Source: Ramazzottius varieornatus
Taxonomy: Eukaryota > Animalia > Tardigrada
Assembly (NCBI GenBank): GCA_001949185.1
Contig: BDGG01000002.1
Span: forward strand, 4,640,448-4,704,447
Length of the DNA: 64,000 bases
Direction: 5' to 3'
This document shows, one piece after another, positions 1 through 11,572 of this stretch (its first letter is position 1; every line of letters starts with the position of its first letter). The position numbers and the translations under genes were made by a program. A model generated the notes under the pieces. The model did no database searches, was not told where the DNA came from, and was given only the letters and a program-made list of their open reading frames with translations.

Positions 1-361
1 TTATCCTTTGCACTTCGGACTGACTAGTCTACCTTATAGTGAAAACATCGGACTGTGGCTCCATCATGGCCAGACAAACAAGGTGAAATGGTAGGATGGA
101 CAACGTGACGGTATCATCCAAGGTGTCGTCTGGCTACTATGGCTAATCACACCGGGCGCCACTCGACCAATTAATGTTCACCCCTCGACGAGGAGCTTCT
201 CATCGACGGCGAGAAGGGCGAAGAAGCCTTACCGCCATTCGCGACTACTCAAAAGCAGCCGTGCAAGATTCCACCGTCCGCCCTTCCGGCTCATCATTAC
301 CATTCGCACTTTGCGATGATTCCCCCAAGAAATCTTCCAAGGGAAATCCAACCCTGAAACG

Positions 362-476
362 ATTTGGGAGTTCGGCTGGAATGTTTTCCCAGGTGGCGCA
401 CCGTTTTCGTGTAACTAGATAAAATCGTGCGCCATTTGGGGGAACGATTTCCTCGAGTTTGTTGGCCGAGGTTTTC
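362..476. repeat. Palindromic repeat family A copy (GATA intron)
   Basis: cccaggtggcgcac...gtgcgccatttggg core inverted repeat, with outer arm ctcgagtttgttggccgag. Confidence 0.7.
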
Positions 477-1989
477 AAGTATTCCCACTTCCCTGCTTCA
501 GTTTCATATAAACCAGAATACAAATAGTACAATGGATATTTCGAAGCCGACGCGTAATGCGGAAATGAACGGTTAATTACGAAAGTCTGCCCTGTCTAGA
601 TTAGGCACCTCAGTCGGGAGATAATCTTCCCGAATCAGCCTTGCTCTGTTTCCGCTGTGCTTCTACTCAGCGATGGCGCATCCCGTCAAGCGTCGGCAGG
701 GAAGGCTTCCCGACCTATCAAGCACGGCCGAACGCTTAGGAAGGGAATCACTGCGCCATTTCAGGCCTGTAATGAATGAAGCTCATAAACTGCCAATTAT
801 GCACCAAGCCCGTAATTAGAAAATAATGCTAGGATGAGCCACTCCGCCCACTTTGACGGCCCGCTCGTCAACGTCCGACAGCTTCGTGGACAAACTCTAT
901 CAGCTTGACATCTTCCACTGCAGACACTGAATATTCAAAAACATATCTCAACATATTACGCGAAAGATCGAAAACCGTTCTCTTTTACTTCAGAACAACA
1001 TTGAAGATTTTCTTCGGCTTTTATGGCTTTACAGCCGCAGTGAAATTGTCAATCATTATTTCATTGAGAGGGATTTTTGGATGCAAATGGACGTCTGATC
1101 AGTTCGGATGAGGCGTCTCTGAATTTTAATAAGCCAAATATTGCTTTCAACAGAGACTCGACAATGGTTGGCTCTAGACGAGACACTAACAAGCGGGGAA
1201 GATTACTCAACGTGACGGCAGCGGCGACTATCATTACCGAGGAAGATAATGGATTTTCCATATCATTAGGCTCACTATGCGGAAGCGTCATTCGGTTGTA
1301 ACTTTCAAATGCCATTCGATGGTTTCAAGGCAATCATTGGGCTATTTTGTATAATTCCAAAGAAAATGCGCTTCTGGCGCTTTTTCCTAGTGTCCGTGCG
1401 AGGTCCAAAGAGTTAACCAAGCCAAGAGTGAAACAAGAGATGGGTAATGTTGTTGAACGAGCGTCGTCAGCAGACTGTAAAGTGACATCCAGACAGATAT
1501 GCGAACATCTATGGTAGCCACCAAACGTCTAACATGTCCTCTGACTCTAGACTCCCCCACCCAGATCGTTAGAGCAAGCTGTGCTTGCATTCTAATGATG
1601 GCCAATTGATGTGGCCGCATGCTGTGCGCCACTCGACAGGTACCACAACTTTGGCCATCCTTTGCCCGCCTCAACTAGTCAGCTGTCGCCAGACAAATGA
1701 GCAACAATCTCATATTGTCTTGACCATGGCAAGCTTTACCTTCTGCCCGCTGCTTTCTGAATGGCTTATATACCTCCACGCTTCCGTGAGCCAGCAGCCG
1801 TAGCGGTCAACTTTTTTAATGAAGCCAATTATCGTTGACTTTCGCTACAGGAGCTTGGCTTCCCTCCCGACCTCAAAGTCAACACGCGGACATCTGCCGG
1901 CATTTATCCAGCGAGTACCCGCCAAAAACCCTACCACACATTTCACCTTTCCTTAACGTTTCAACAGAAGTCTAACTTATGTTTCTTAC

Positions 1990-4569
1990 CCCGTGAAGTT
2001 TGAAGTAGAGTCCACAGGCATTGCAGACGGGATTTCCTTTGGCGTCTCTTCGCCACAGCGTTGTCTTGTCCGTCTTGCAATTAGCGCACGCTGTACCTGT
2101 CCGCTTCGAGGCCACCTACAAGTGCGCAACAACACAAAATTGATAGCCGTAGATAGCGTTTATTCGCGTGAAGGCACCAAAACACAGACGCCTGCAGCCA
2201 CTATTAGACACAACTGATGAGGCATATCCTACCAAACGACGCTTGGGCTTGATCAACGGCCGACTTGAACCTGCAGAAGAAGAACAAACGTGATGGAAAG
2301 GCCAGAGACTGCCGTGAAATCACGGAAAAATCTGTTGTACTGTAACTTCTGATTAATTCATTGCCCGGATGTCTTCGCACAGAAAAAACTATACCGTTCA
2401 TCTTGTGGTAAAGTCCGCAAGCATTGCATAAATACTGTCCATTTCCGTCTCGACGCCACAGCGGAGTTTGTTCACATCCGCAGTTAACACACTGTCGACC
2501 TTCTGGCAAGAAAAAAAACCCAAAAGATATCGTCCACAATGTCAAACGCCAAAGTTATTGAAGGAAAGATATAAGTAAATTGTTAATTAAGCGATTATAC
2601 CGGAAACTGTCCTGCCGCGACCGCGTCTGCTATTTTGTGAAGTGGAGTTAATTGTTGGCGTCGTCGGTGTGGAATTAGGCATGTCTTGGTTGGCGTAATT
2701 GCCCATGTAACGTAACGACACCGCCATTTGCTGCGTACTGTTTCGCAAATGATTATGCAGATTACGCTGCTGATCTTCATACTGGTCGGCATAGCCCTGC
2801 ATGGTCATTGGGGTGGCCGACGACGATTCGTGCTGCTGTCCCAGATGTCCATGGTCCATCCCGCTCTGCTGTCCTTCATGATCGGCCATACCTAAAAGAC
2901 CAAGAAAATGAGATCCACCATCCTGTGTTATGGCGGAAATACAAGACTTAAAATTGGCAGGCCGAACTGACCTATTTCCACAAGCGATAACAAAACGTAA
3001 TGGAAATTATCCTGACCGGTCACGTTGTAATCATAGAAAATACCCTGATTTACATATCATCGTACCATTTCCGAACTGGATTCGCACCACACGGCCAACC
3101 AAATTTACTTTTATGCGATTTCTGGGTAATCCGATATTCGGCTAATTAACGATGATACGGGTGAAACTTCTGACTTGCCTTCTTGTTCCGTCAATGTCTC
3201 CTGTGCGACAGGCGAGGCTTCGGCCTGTCCAGCATGCATGGCGCTGAGGATACCGGATCCGACCTGGTGCGATGTTGATGTTGTGTCTTCCTGGTTGTCA
3301 GACGTGGACTGCAACGGCGCCATCGACGTCAAAGTGTCCAATTTGGGCGATTCGGCGCTGCTTTCACCGTTGTGTGTCATGCCTTCTCCCTCCATCCCGT
3401 CAGCTTGCTCCGTCTTCTCATGGCGTTCTTCGTGGGAGTCGGCGTTGTCAGCAGCATGGTTGAGCAGGTTGTGGCTCACCTTACCGGCCGTCTGGATGAC
3501 GGAAGTCTGCACTGGGGATGTGGAGGAGAGGACCATGGGAGACTTGGAAGAAAAGGCTGATGCGCTGTGACACCACATCGAGGAAGAGGCTGCTGAAGCC
3601 GACAGCATGGGATTGCGCATGTGAACGGTGGACGACGATGCTCCTTCTGCTTGACTGGGCCATGCCACCGACGGAGCGTGCATTGCCGAGGAATAGACGT
3701 GCGCTCCCGAAAACGCTTGATCTAACAAAAAAGAACAACATGAAAATCAATCACGATTTCATAATAAAAATGCCACAATTCTCCCATGGTTCCTGCCTCT
3801 CGTCTTTTGCTAAAAAACACAGTAAAGGCCGCGGTGACACATTCGGTGCGAAAAAAACCATTGTCATTCAAACATGGAAAGAAAAAGTGCTAAGTTCTTT
3901 CTGTTAATCAGATGAGATGGTGATGAAAGATTTCTATCGGAAGTAAGAAGCAAATCTGATTAATATTCACTGAATTAAATTACACTTCCGATAAGCAGAT
4001 ACGAGATTCTCAAAGCAGAACCTTTATTCATTCATAACCATTTTTTGACAACTGAAGATCAACGACAGGAGTTTCTGCAAGAAGACATCAAGGTTTGCTT
4101 ATTCACTTCCGCCAACGTTATTTTCGTCTTTTCCTTCTCGCCCTTGCTGTTTCTGATTCTTGATTGCCACGCGGCTTTATGATACTCTCACCCTTCCTGC
4201 ACATGAAAAGTCAACTGCAACATGCATTACACCACACTTCTGTTATTTCCTCGCGAGGAGGAAGACAAAGAAGGCTGATTAGCACTGCTCATCACCATTG
4301 CGATTCGAGGGAAAAATAAACACTTGGAGGGCGCCTGGCATAGACGGCGGGACGTTAGCAGGACTTTATGACTTACTAGAGATACAAGAGCGAAATCCTG
4401 CTTGGGTGTAGGAAGAGAAGCGGGGATCCCAAGGATTAGGGATGGTGCTGATCACTTCCCAGTCTTGTGGCTTCCAATCTTGCTCGACACTCTGGCCCAG
4501 GACGCTGCCGTGCGTCGTCGGCATTCCACTCTGTGGAAAGGCGTCGTAAGGATGCCACGATCGATCCAT
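1990..4569 (-). CDS. GATA123: GATA1/2/3 (grain-type) double zinc-finger transcription factor, 3'-partial. Exons approx. 4569-4377, 3721-3179, 2891-2601, 2502-2395, 2270-2233, 2115-1990
   Basis: Splicing gives [92 protein letters not shown], i.e. two CX2CX17CX2C fingers with the GATA123 linker [10 protein letters not shown]. The finger exons have GT-AG borders. No basic-tail exon was found in 1-1989, so it probably lies left of the window. The start codon and N-terminal exons are less certain. Confidence 0.93.
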
Positions 4570-4842
4570 CTTGTCTTCTTGCCGATCCTGCAGTCCCGAG
4601 TAGAAGGCAGAAGGAAGGCCGAACGGCGAGGGAACAAACCTGAAAAAGGTCATATTGAAGGCTTGACCAGTCAATCAAGCAACAACAATCAAGGCTGGAT
4701 TTTCAACAGGTGAGTGAAGCAAGACTGCGCCACTGAAATGAGGATGGTTAATTTTTCCGACGCGTCGTCACATCTTGTTTTTGCGATAGGCAAAAGAGAC
4801 GCGGTTAATCATCAAACGATTGACTTGACCGTATTACTATTC

Positions 4843-4866
4843 TGATAAGAAGCGATAGCCTGATAG
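4843..4866. promoter_or_regulatory. Cluster of three GATA-core motifs upstream of the GATA gene
   Basis: TGATAA (4843), CGATAG (4853), TGATAG (4861) about 280 nt upstream of the putative ATG; function not demonstrable from sequence. Confidence 0.3.
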
Positions 4867-6594
4867 CGACACCAGACAATGTCTTCATCGACGGTGTATG
4901 AAATCAGACTACATCAGATTGGTATCGTACAAAAAACATGTTCACACTATTGGGCAGATCGAGTTAAGTGGCGCACTCTTGACCCAACACGGAACTGAGT
5001 GTTGGCCAATTATAGCGGCTCTCCGAATGGCTGCGGGCTGCCGCGATCGCTGACTACACACGTGCTAGGCTTCTTTTACCTGCCAAAAAAACGAGATTGC
5101 AGTGGCTCCTAATGTAGTTCCAAAGTGGTCCGCCAAGTTAATTTTCCATCAGATGATAATTAACCGTCTAACTGATACGATAGTAATCAACATTGGTGTC
5201 GAAACAGCAAACTCATGGAATTTTCTCAATCAACAGTGTAAATTCAACTCTATCGGGCGATATTTTAGGACGATCAAGAGTAGCGATTGCCTTCATGTTT
5301 GGGAGGTTGCTCGTTGCAAGCACGAGGCCATGACTGTGACGCTCCTCTGGTCAAGAAGAGGCGTTCTTCTGACAAGGAAGTGGTTGCTTTCAACGAATGA
5401 GATTGTGGTGGTCAAGCGGCTTTCTTCCTGATGCACATCCACTCCCACGGAAAACATTAAAAATTTTTCGCAGTGGAGCTTGAAGAAGTACTAACTAGCA
5501 AAAATTACTAAATAACGAAAAAAAAGTTTCAGCTTCTTACCAAATGTGACCAGCTTTTTCCCCACCAATGTCCAGTCAATAACTAGGATCGACAAAGCTG
5601 GTCAGAAATTAATAACAGATCGTTTTTTATATATAGAAAATTAGGCGAACGAGTCTAGAGACTTCGACAGATGGTCGAAGTCTTGTCATTGATACCAGAA
5701 TAATTTGACAAGTGCGCTGGTATATATTCTCACTAATTACTGACAGGTAATTTGCCGAAGCTTGTGATATATTCGTCTTCTGCACTTTTACGACAGTACC
5801 CAGTTCCGGTGCTGCCTGATCGTTTTTAGGGTTTTGCTGTTGACAAAGTCAGCCGTACAGTCAAACCACAGAATACTCTTTTTACAAAAGGACGATTCCC
5901 CCACAGCTATAGACCGCAGTGGAGTGTCTGTCAATCCGAAAGTTCTTCAAAAGCGGAAGCCGCCAGAAACAATGGGCCAAGCTTTGGAACAACCTGCCAT
6001 CATGGGAAAAAAATTGTCTGTCTGGTGTCATAAGGGCCGCCAACCAACATCGCGCGGTTGAACTGTTTTGGTTTATATTACTGACATGTAATGGCGGAAA
6101 GTTTGTACACGGGTACGGTACACAAAGACGAAAAAAGTTCTGACGTTTGCCGATCTGAAAGTTTGCAAAGTGGATCTTCAATTGTTTGTCAACCAACAAG
6201 TTCTTTAGAAACTAGGGGCTCCCAGTTTGATAATTCGTTCATGTATGCGGGAATGACACGAGGGTCATGCCCTTCCGGCTGGTGGCATAGGCGAAAGGTC
6301 AGCTCGAATATCCTACGGTTTACTTAATTATCCACGAAGAGCAGACTGATGTTCCAAAGTGACCAGTCAACGATATGTGGTGTCTGTGAACTTCAGAAGT
6401 AATGGGTAACACAAGACATGTTTTGACGAAATTGGATCTGGGATCACCAACTTGTTTCCTCGTTCCGCAATGTCATGTCAAATGAGCATGCATGGCGCTC
6501 GTCTCAACGATACTTTCGCCGTGACCCTTTCAAATTAATCACTATCAGCAATTTCGAGAAAACATGCGCCAGTGTATTTAAAATATATGGGGGA

Positions 6595-6707
6595 CGTCGG
6601 TAAATGCCTGAGCATGATCGTTTGCCAGGTGGCGCGCACTTCCGGCCAATAACGATGGAAATGTGCGCCACTTGAGATATCAATCCCGTACAGCTCAATT
6701 GCCGACG
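6595..6707. repeat. Palindromic repeat family A copy (intergenic)
   Basis: cgtcggtaa...ccaggtggcgcgcacttccggccaataacgatggaaatgtgcgccacttgag...ttgccgacg. Confidence 0.75.
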
Positions 6708-7741
6708 ATCCAACTGTTCGCCAAAGTTCTATCGTTGGGGTGCGAAAAGCTCGTATAAAAGAAGCTGTATAATGCTAATTAGGTGATGACGCTAAGCTAC
6801 TTCTGGCGCACGTCAACTTTTACTGCCAGCCGAGATTTGCCAGATATGATCCATTAACATCATCAGAGTAGTACAGATACCTGGAGCAGAGAGCCTTAAT
6901 CATCTCATGATTCTGACAATGCTCTAATCAAGGGTATACTCATTACCAAGTGTTATTTATCGAAGACCAAAGTGAGAGCAGTATACGTGGACCGCCAACT
7001 TCTCACACCGCTAATCAAGGGCTAATTTGGTCAAGTTCCATAAAGATTTCTATGCTTCACGTGTTATTGTGATATGGCTGTTTTTCCAAAGATAATAGCG
7101 GCTAGAGAAGGGGAAAGAATTTAAAGAGGCGCGAGCAAGAAAAGCCCGTACTTTTACATTGGAGAGACAGCAAGCTTGTTTGCGACGCCAGGGAGAATTT
7201 TGGTGTTTGAATACCATCAGGAAAAATAATCACAGCGAACTGACAAACACAGAACTTGTATAAGTAAACTAGGAGCCTACGGCTGGCTTCTGTATTCTGT
7301 TTAGAAAATCGGGTCCAGCAATACGCGTGTCGGGCGGTAAGAAAGATTAGAAATATGCCGTATTTTTTTATCTTTATCCGAAGAGACAATGAAAAGTTGA
7401 AAACGGTTTCTAGATGAATCAGGCTTTTGATGCTTCGGGCCAAATTCCGAGAGCGCACTTATCGTATTTACAAAGTGCTGCATAGTGCATACTGCAGCAG
7501 AAGAATGTAGCATATGGTGACGAAAAATCAGCGATAAGAAACAAGAAAAATGGCGTCGTTGAAATACTTCGAAAATTTTAACGGATGGGTCGAATGTGAC
7601 CTTTTGAGCGTGGATGGAGAGAAGAGCTATGATACTAATTTTTGAGACGGCAGATCCTCGATAGGGGCGACCGTATCGAGGAGATGCACGAGCTCGATAC
7701 GAGTATTTATCATAGCGTAAAAATTAGCCAGATTTTCGTCG

Positions 7742-8512
7742 ATGCTAGCAATCTTCATCGACATCTCACCTGATAAAACACAATCGGCGATGTTGATGGC
7801 AACCGTACGGAACGGATGGGTATCGGCGCTGACGTTGATGATGAGAGCTTATTACGGACTTTGGCGAAGATCTAAAAAAGTGGTTAACGAGCTCGACGTT
7901 GGAGATCTTCGGAAGAACGATAAGCAGCGAGTCGCGCGGGCAGATCCGCAGCTGGTGCCGGTTTATCCTGATCGAACGATGCTAGTTAGTGATGTGATAT
8001 AAGGGGACGACGATCGGATCTTAACTGTTTATCCGTTATGGCTGGACGACATGTGATGAGATTTCCAACGAGCGACGAAAGATAGTTGTGAGATATTGGG
8101 AAAGGGCGTATATCAGTGTACTTGTTCGACTAAAACTCCTACAAAGTGCCATCAGTTTGTGGGAGTACCCGTGTCAGTCAATCCATGCTCGTTGCGTATA
8201 TACTCAAAGTGCCACGCCCACTTTGGGTCCTCGAAAGCTCTCCCTCCCTGTACCCATACCCTGTCGCGCACGCTTCTTCGACCACTTTCAGGGAAGACTG
8301 ATGTCACTGTTTTCTTCCGGACGTTATTCAAGACATGCAACGTGTATCAGGGAGGTTTCCCGATGGGTGATTCGCCAGCTTACAATTGCCGTCCATCACA
8401 TGATGGACCAAAGTTCAGCTTCCAACTTGCAGCTAGCTCGTTCTTGTCAGCTTATTTGTTTCGAGTAATGATGTATGTTGCTGCTTGGCTATGTGGTAGC
8501 AAGAGCGACTGA
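7742..8512 (+). pseudogene. Decayed ORF with a Cys/His (WRKY/FLYWCH-like?) motif, possible DNA-transposon relic
   Basis: ORFs 7742-8002 and 8096-8512 share a frame and are separated only by stops (taa 8000, tgatga about 8054). Contains YQCTCSTKTPTKCHQ...SKCHAH. Confidence 0.35.
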
Positions 8513-9804
8513 TTTCGTTTCTGGAAAACGAGATATTGAACGGCAGATCTCTTCGATAAAACGACATAGTCTGTCTCTGGCGATATCTGTGAAATTGCAT
8601 CTGGATATCTTGGCGGCCCGATCAGAATCGACCGGCGCATTACGACGTAAAGTCAAGCCTTCGATCATAAGCCAGTCTTGCCTTAGAATCAAAATCTAAC
8701 GAGCATAACAACGATGACAAACATCCGGTGGTATTCACGAACCCTGGCGAACTCTTCCTGCAATCGTCTCATCGTCAGTGCGCGAGGCGACCGGGTTTCT
8801 GGAGCCAAGAACCCTGCGCCATGAAGAAAGAAATGGGGATAGACGGGGAACCTTCTGATAGAATTCCTTCCTTATCTATGCAGAAGCGGGGTGCATTAGA
8901 GACAAGCAGAATTGGCTATAAGTGATAGTGTGGGTTCCCAGTGAACCTTCGAAGCTGAGTTCTTGCTTGTTCGCAACACAGACTCGACATTATTATGGGC
9001 ATTGGATACTTGGTTCGAGTTGCACAAGCGAGCAGAGCCTTTTGACTCTTATCAGTGTTTTCCTACAGTAGCTTCACATTCTGATTCTCATTACGATAGG
9101 CCATGGGTATTATAAAGCCATTGATGAAGAACCTATAGAAATAGTGATATCGTAAAATCAGGCAATTTGGATAAATCGTCCATGAAAATTGTGGGATACA
9201 CAAGAGTTGCGGCCTGCAAATGTAAATCGGCCTTTGAATTGTCGTGCGCTCCCTTTTGACAGTTAATTCCCTTTTTCGCGTCATTTCAGTCTGTGTATCT
9301 GCGCTAGCGGCAAAGTCACAGATCCAGACAAGGATCAATTGCCTGGCCGCAACAAGGAAGCTGGACGGATGATCTGGATGACGTTTATTTTGGGCGACAT
9401 TTGACGAGGGTATAAAGCGGAATCGTGCAGCGTTATAATCCTCCTTTTCAGACAATATTTATTCACTGTATTGACTCTTATGAGAATGGATTAATTGACG
9501 ATACCCTCCTTCTCATTGAATGTACTGTTGCATGATGATACCGCGCTGGCTGCTGCATGCCTAACAAATCTCCCCAAGTGGACATCGGTCACAACTTGAA
9601 CAACGTTACCGACACGTGTATGCACCACTTCGACAAAGCATCCTGCTTATCATGGAAAAACACTGCTGATTTGTCCATAATTTATAGCCGCGAGAAAATA
9701 TGAGACGCCGGCAAATGAACTCAACATTTTTGTCATCTTAAGTAGCGCAACTGTGCGTTACTTTTGGCCGAAGTTTGCGTGACCCAGAAAAGCAATCACA
9801 TCCC

Positions 9805-9880
9805 ACAAGGTCCGTTTTCCGAATGGTAGCACGCTCCGGTATAAATATCATGCGAATATGCGCCACTCAGAAAACGACGA
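9805..9880. repeat. Palindromic repeat family A copy (degenerate)
   Basis: cgttttccgaatggtagcacgctcc...tgcgaatatgcgccactcagaaaacg. Confidence 0.6.
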
Positions 9881-10766
9881 CGTCCTAGTAAGTCGAAGAA
9901 TGTTCGATTTGCAGAAGTGGAAACGAAAGTCGAGTAGACTGCGGATCTTAGACTATAAGCGATCCCGGGGTAATAGTACACGGGGTTTTGCTAATGAGGG
10001 AAGCTGGTCTGGATCTGGCCATGGGCCTGGCTGCAAAGAGATAAAGATGCTACATCAAAGGCGCGCATCCGCGTCAAAGGTATCAAGTTGGAATACTGGA
10101 TTTGTCGATGCCGAGATTTGGCGCGTCGCGTGTCGGGGCGCGTGGCGGTGATCTGATACACTTTTTACTAATGGCTATAACTCTTGTATCAGCAAGGAAT
10201 CATGCCACCGATTCCAATCACCCAGTATAAGCAAGCGCGATAAGATGCGTTAGTACTACGAGGGTTCCCTGCATGCTGTATATGGACGAACTGTGTCTTC
10301 CTTTCGAACTCTAGATACTATATCTGACTCTTTGTATGATGTCCACCCGAAATAATTGAGGTCGAATTTTCTGTTTATTTCTTGTTTGAATCAGACAGAA
10401 AATCTTTGATTGAGTCTGATGCTTGACGGCCGGGATGTACCAGAGCATGAACACCGTACGCCACCTGGTCGAGAACCTGCCGGTACTGGTAGAATACGAG
10501 CGCGGGACCGCGTTCCGTGTCAACAGCGGAGCGCTTCTTTGGGCCACACGAGTCGACTCGTTCTACACGTCCTTCCAATCGCCTAAAAAGTGAAGGGCTT
10601 GAAGAATAGCTCAGTATCTCTTCGGGTCTCCATTCAAATACAGCGCGACCTCGACACATGGACTCAGCGATGACTTCCGGTTAGGCTCTGAACGCCAGTT
10701 AAGCGATTTTCAAGCGAAGCGAGGGAACATGGGAACCGTAGTTCGGTTTATCTCATTTCTTCAATA

Positions 10767-11177
10767 CGACCGGACGCATGACGCAAGTTCGATGGGAGAA
10801 CGGTAAAGAGCTCGTCTGGGACGTCACAGTGGTTGAAACCTTGGCCTAGACCAACTTCGCCATGTCAACGGTGAAAGCCGGATCGGCTGCTGATGTCGCC
10901 GAAAGGAGAAAGATTGCAACGTACCAAGACATCGGGAGCCAGCTTCATTTGTGCCCTGTTGATCTGGAGACCCTCGGACCATGGGGACCTTGTGCAACAG
11001 AGCTGTTTGAGGCGGTCGGAAGAAAGACGGCAGAAGTTACTGGCGAGTCTAGATCTTTCCAGTTTTTTTAAGCAGCGAGTGTCAATACATATTCTCCGTG
11101 GTAATTGTTATTCCGTTCTCAGTACGAGTCGTGCTCTGAAAGATATGAAAGGTCTGGACGAAGTGGTTTTTGTTTGA
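10767..11177 (+). mobile_element. 5'-truncated non-LTR retrotransposon relic, restriction-like endonuclease (RLE) C-terminus, CRE-like
   Basis: Reads RPD/(frameshift)MTQVRWENGKELVWDVTVVETLA*TNFAMSTVKAGSAADVAERRKIATY...PVDLETLGPWG...FF/(frameshift)KQRVSIHILRGN, a PD-(D/E)xK-type RLE motif series. One stop and two frameshifts; AATAAA follows near 11256. Confidence 0.8.
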
Positions 11178-11572
11178 GATGTAAGTCCATGTAACGCTTG
11201 TTTGTTATTTTGTATCGCTGCTTCCTCATTTTTTGAGAAGAGATTATTGTCTTCAAATAAAGATCTTCTAGATTTCTCTCAGCGTGTCTATATTCCCAGA
11301 GTCTAACCAGACACTGTAAACCATGCGAAGAGCCTGGTTTGGAGCATACAACAGGCATATGCCAAGAGCCATTTCGATAAAAACGAGTGCAGCTCATCTT
11401 AAAATTAATTTAGCGTTAAACAAAGAAATCAACAGGTAAAAGCTTCTGGCTCAGACAGACAAAACTCAACAAGAAACAAGAGTGTGCACATAAAGCTCTG
11501 GTAAAATCACAAAACTCCCTGCACAGAGGGAGCTGTCAGTGGTCACCGTACAAGGACGTTCCTTTTCAAGCT

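Noticed and set aside
245-532. 95-aa minus-strand ORF as a possible GATA 3' exon or separate gene
   Set aside because: No GATA basic-tail motif, and a family A palindrome runs through it, so it is probably incidental
1387-1674. ORF with CxxC (QSCGTC) as a third GATA finger
   Set aside because: Lacks LWRR and the second CNAC pair; the true finger 2 is at 1990-2115
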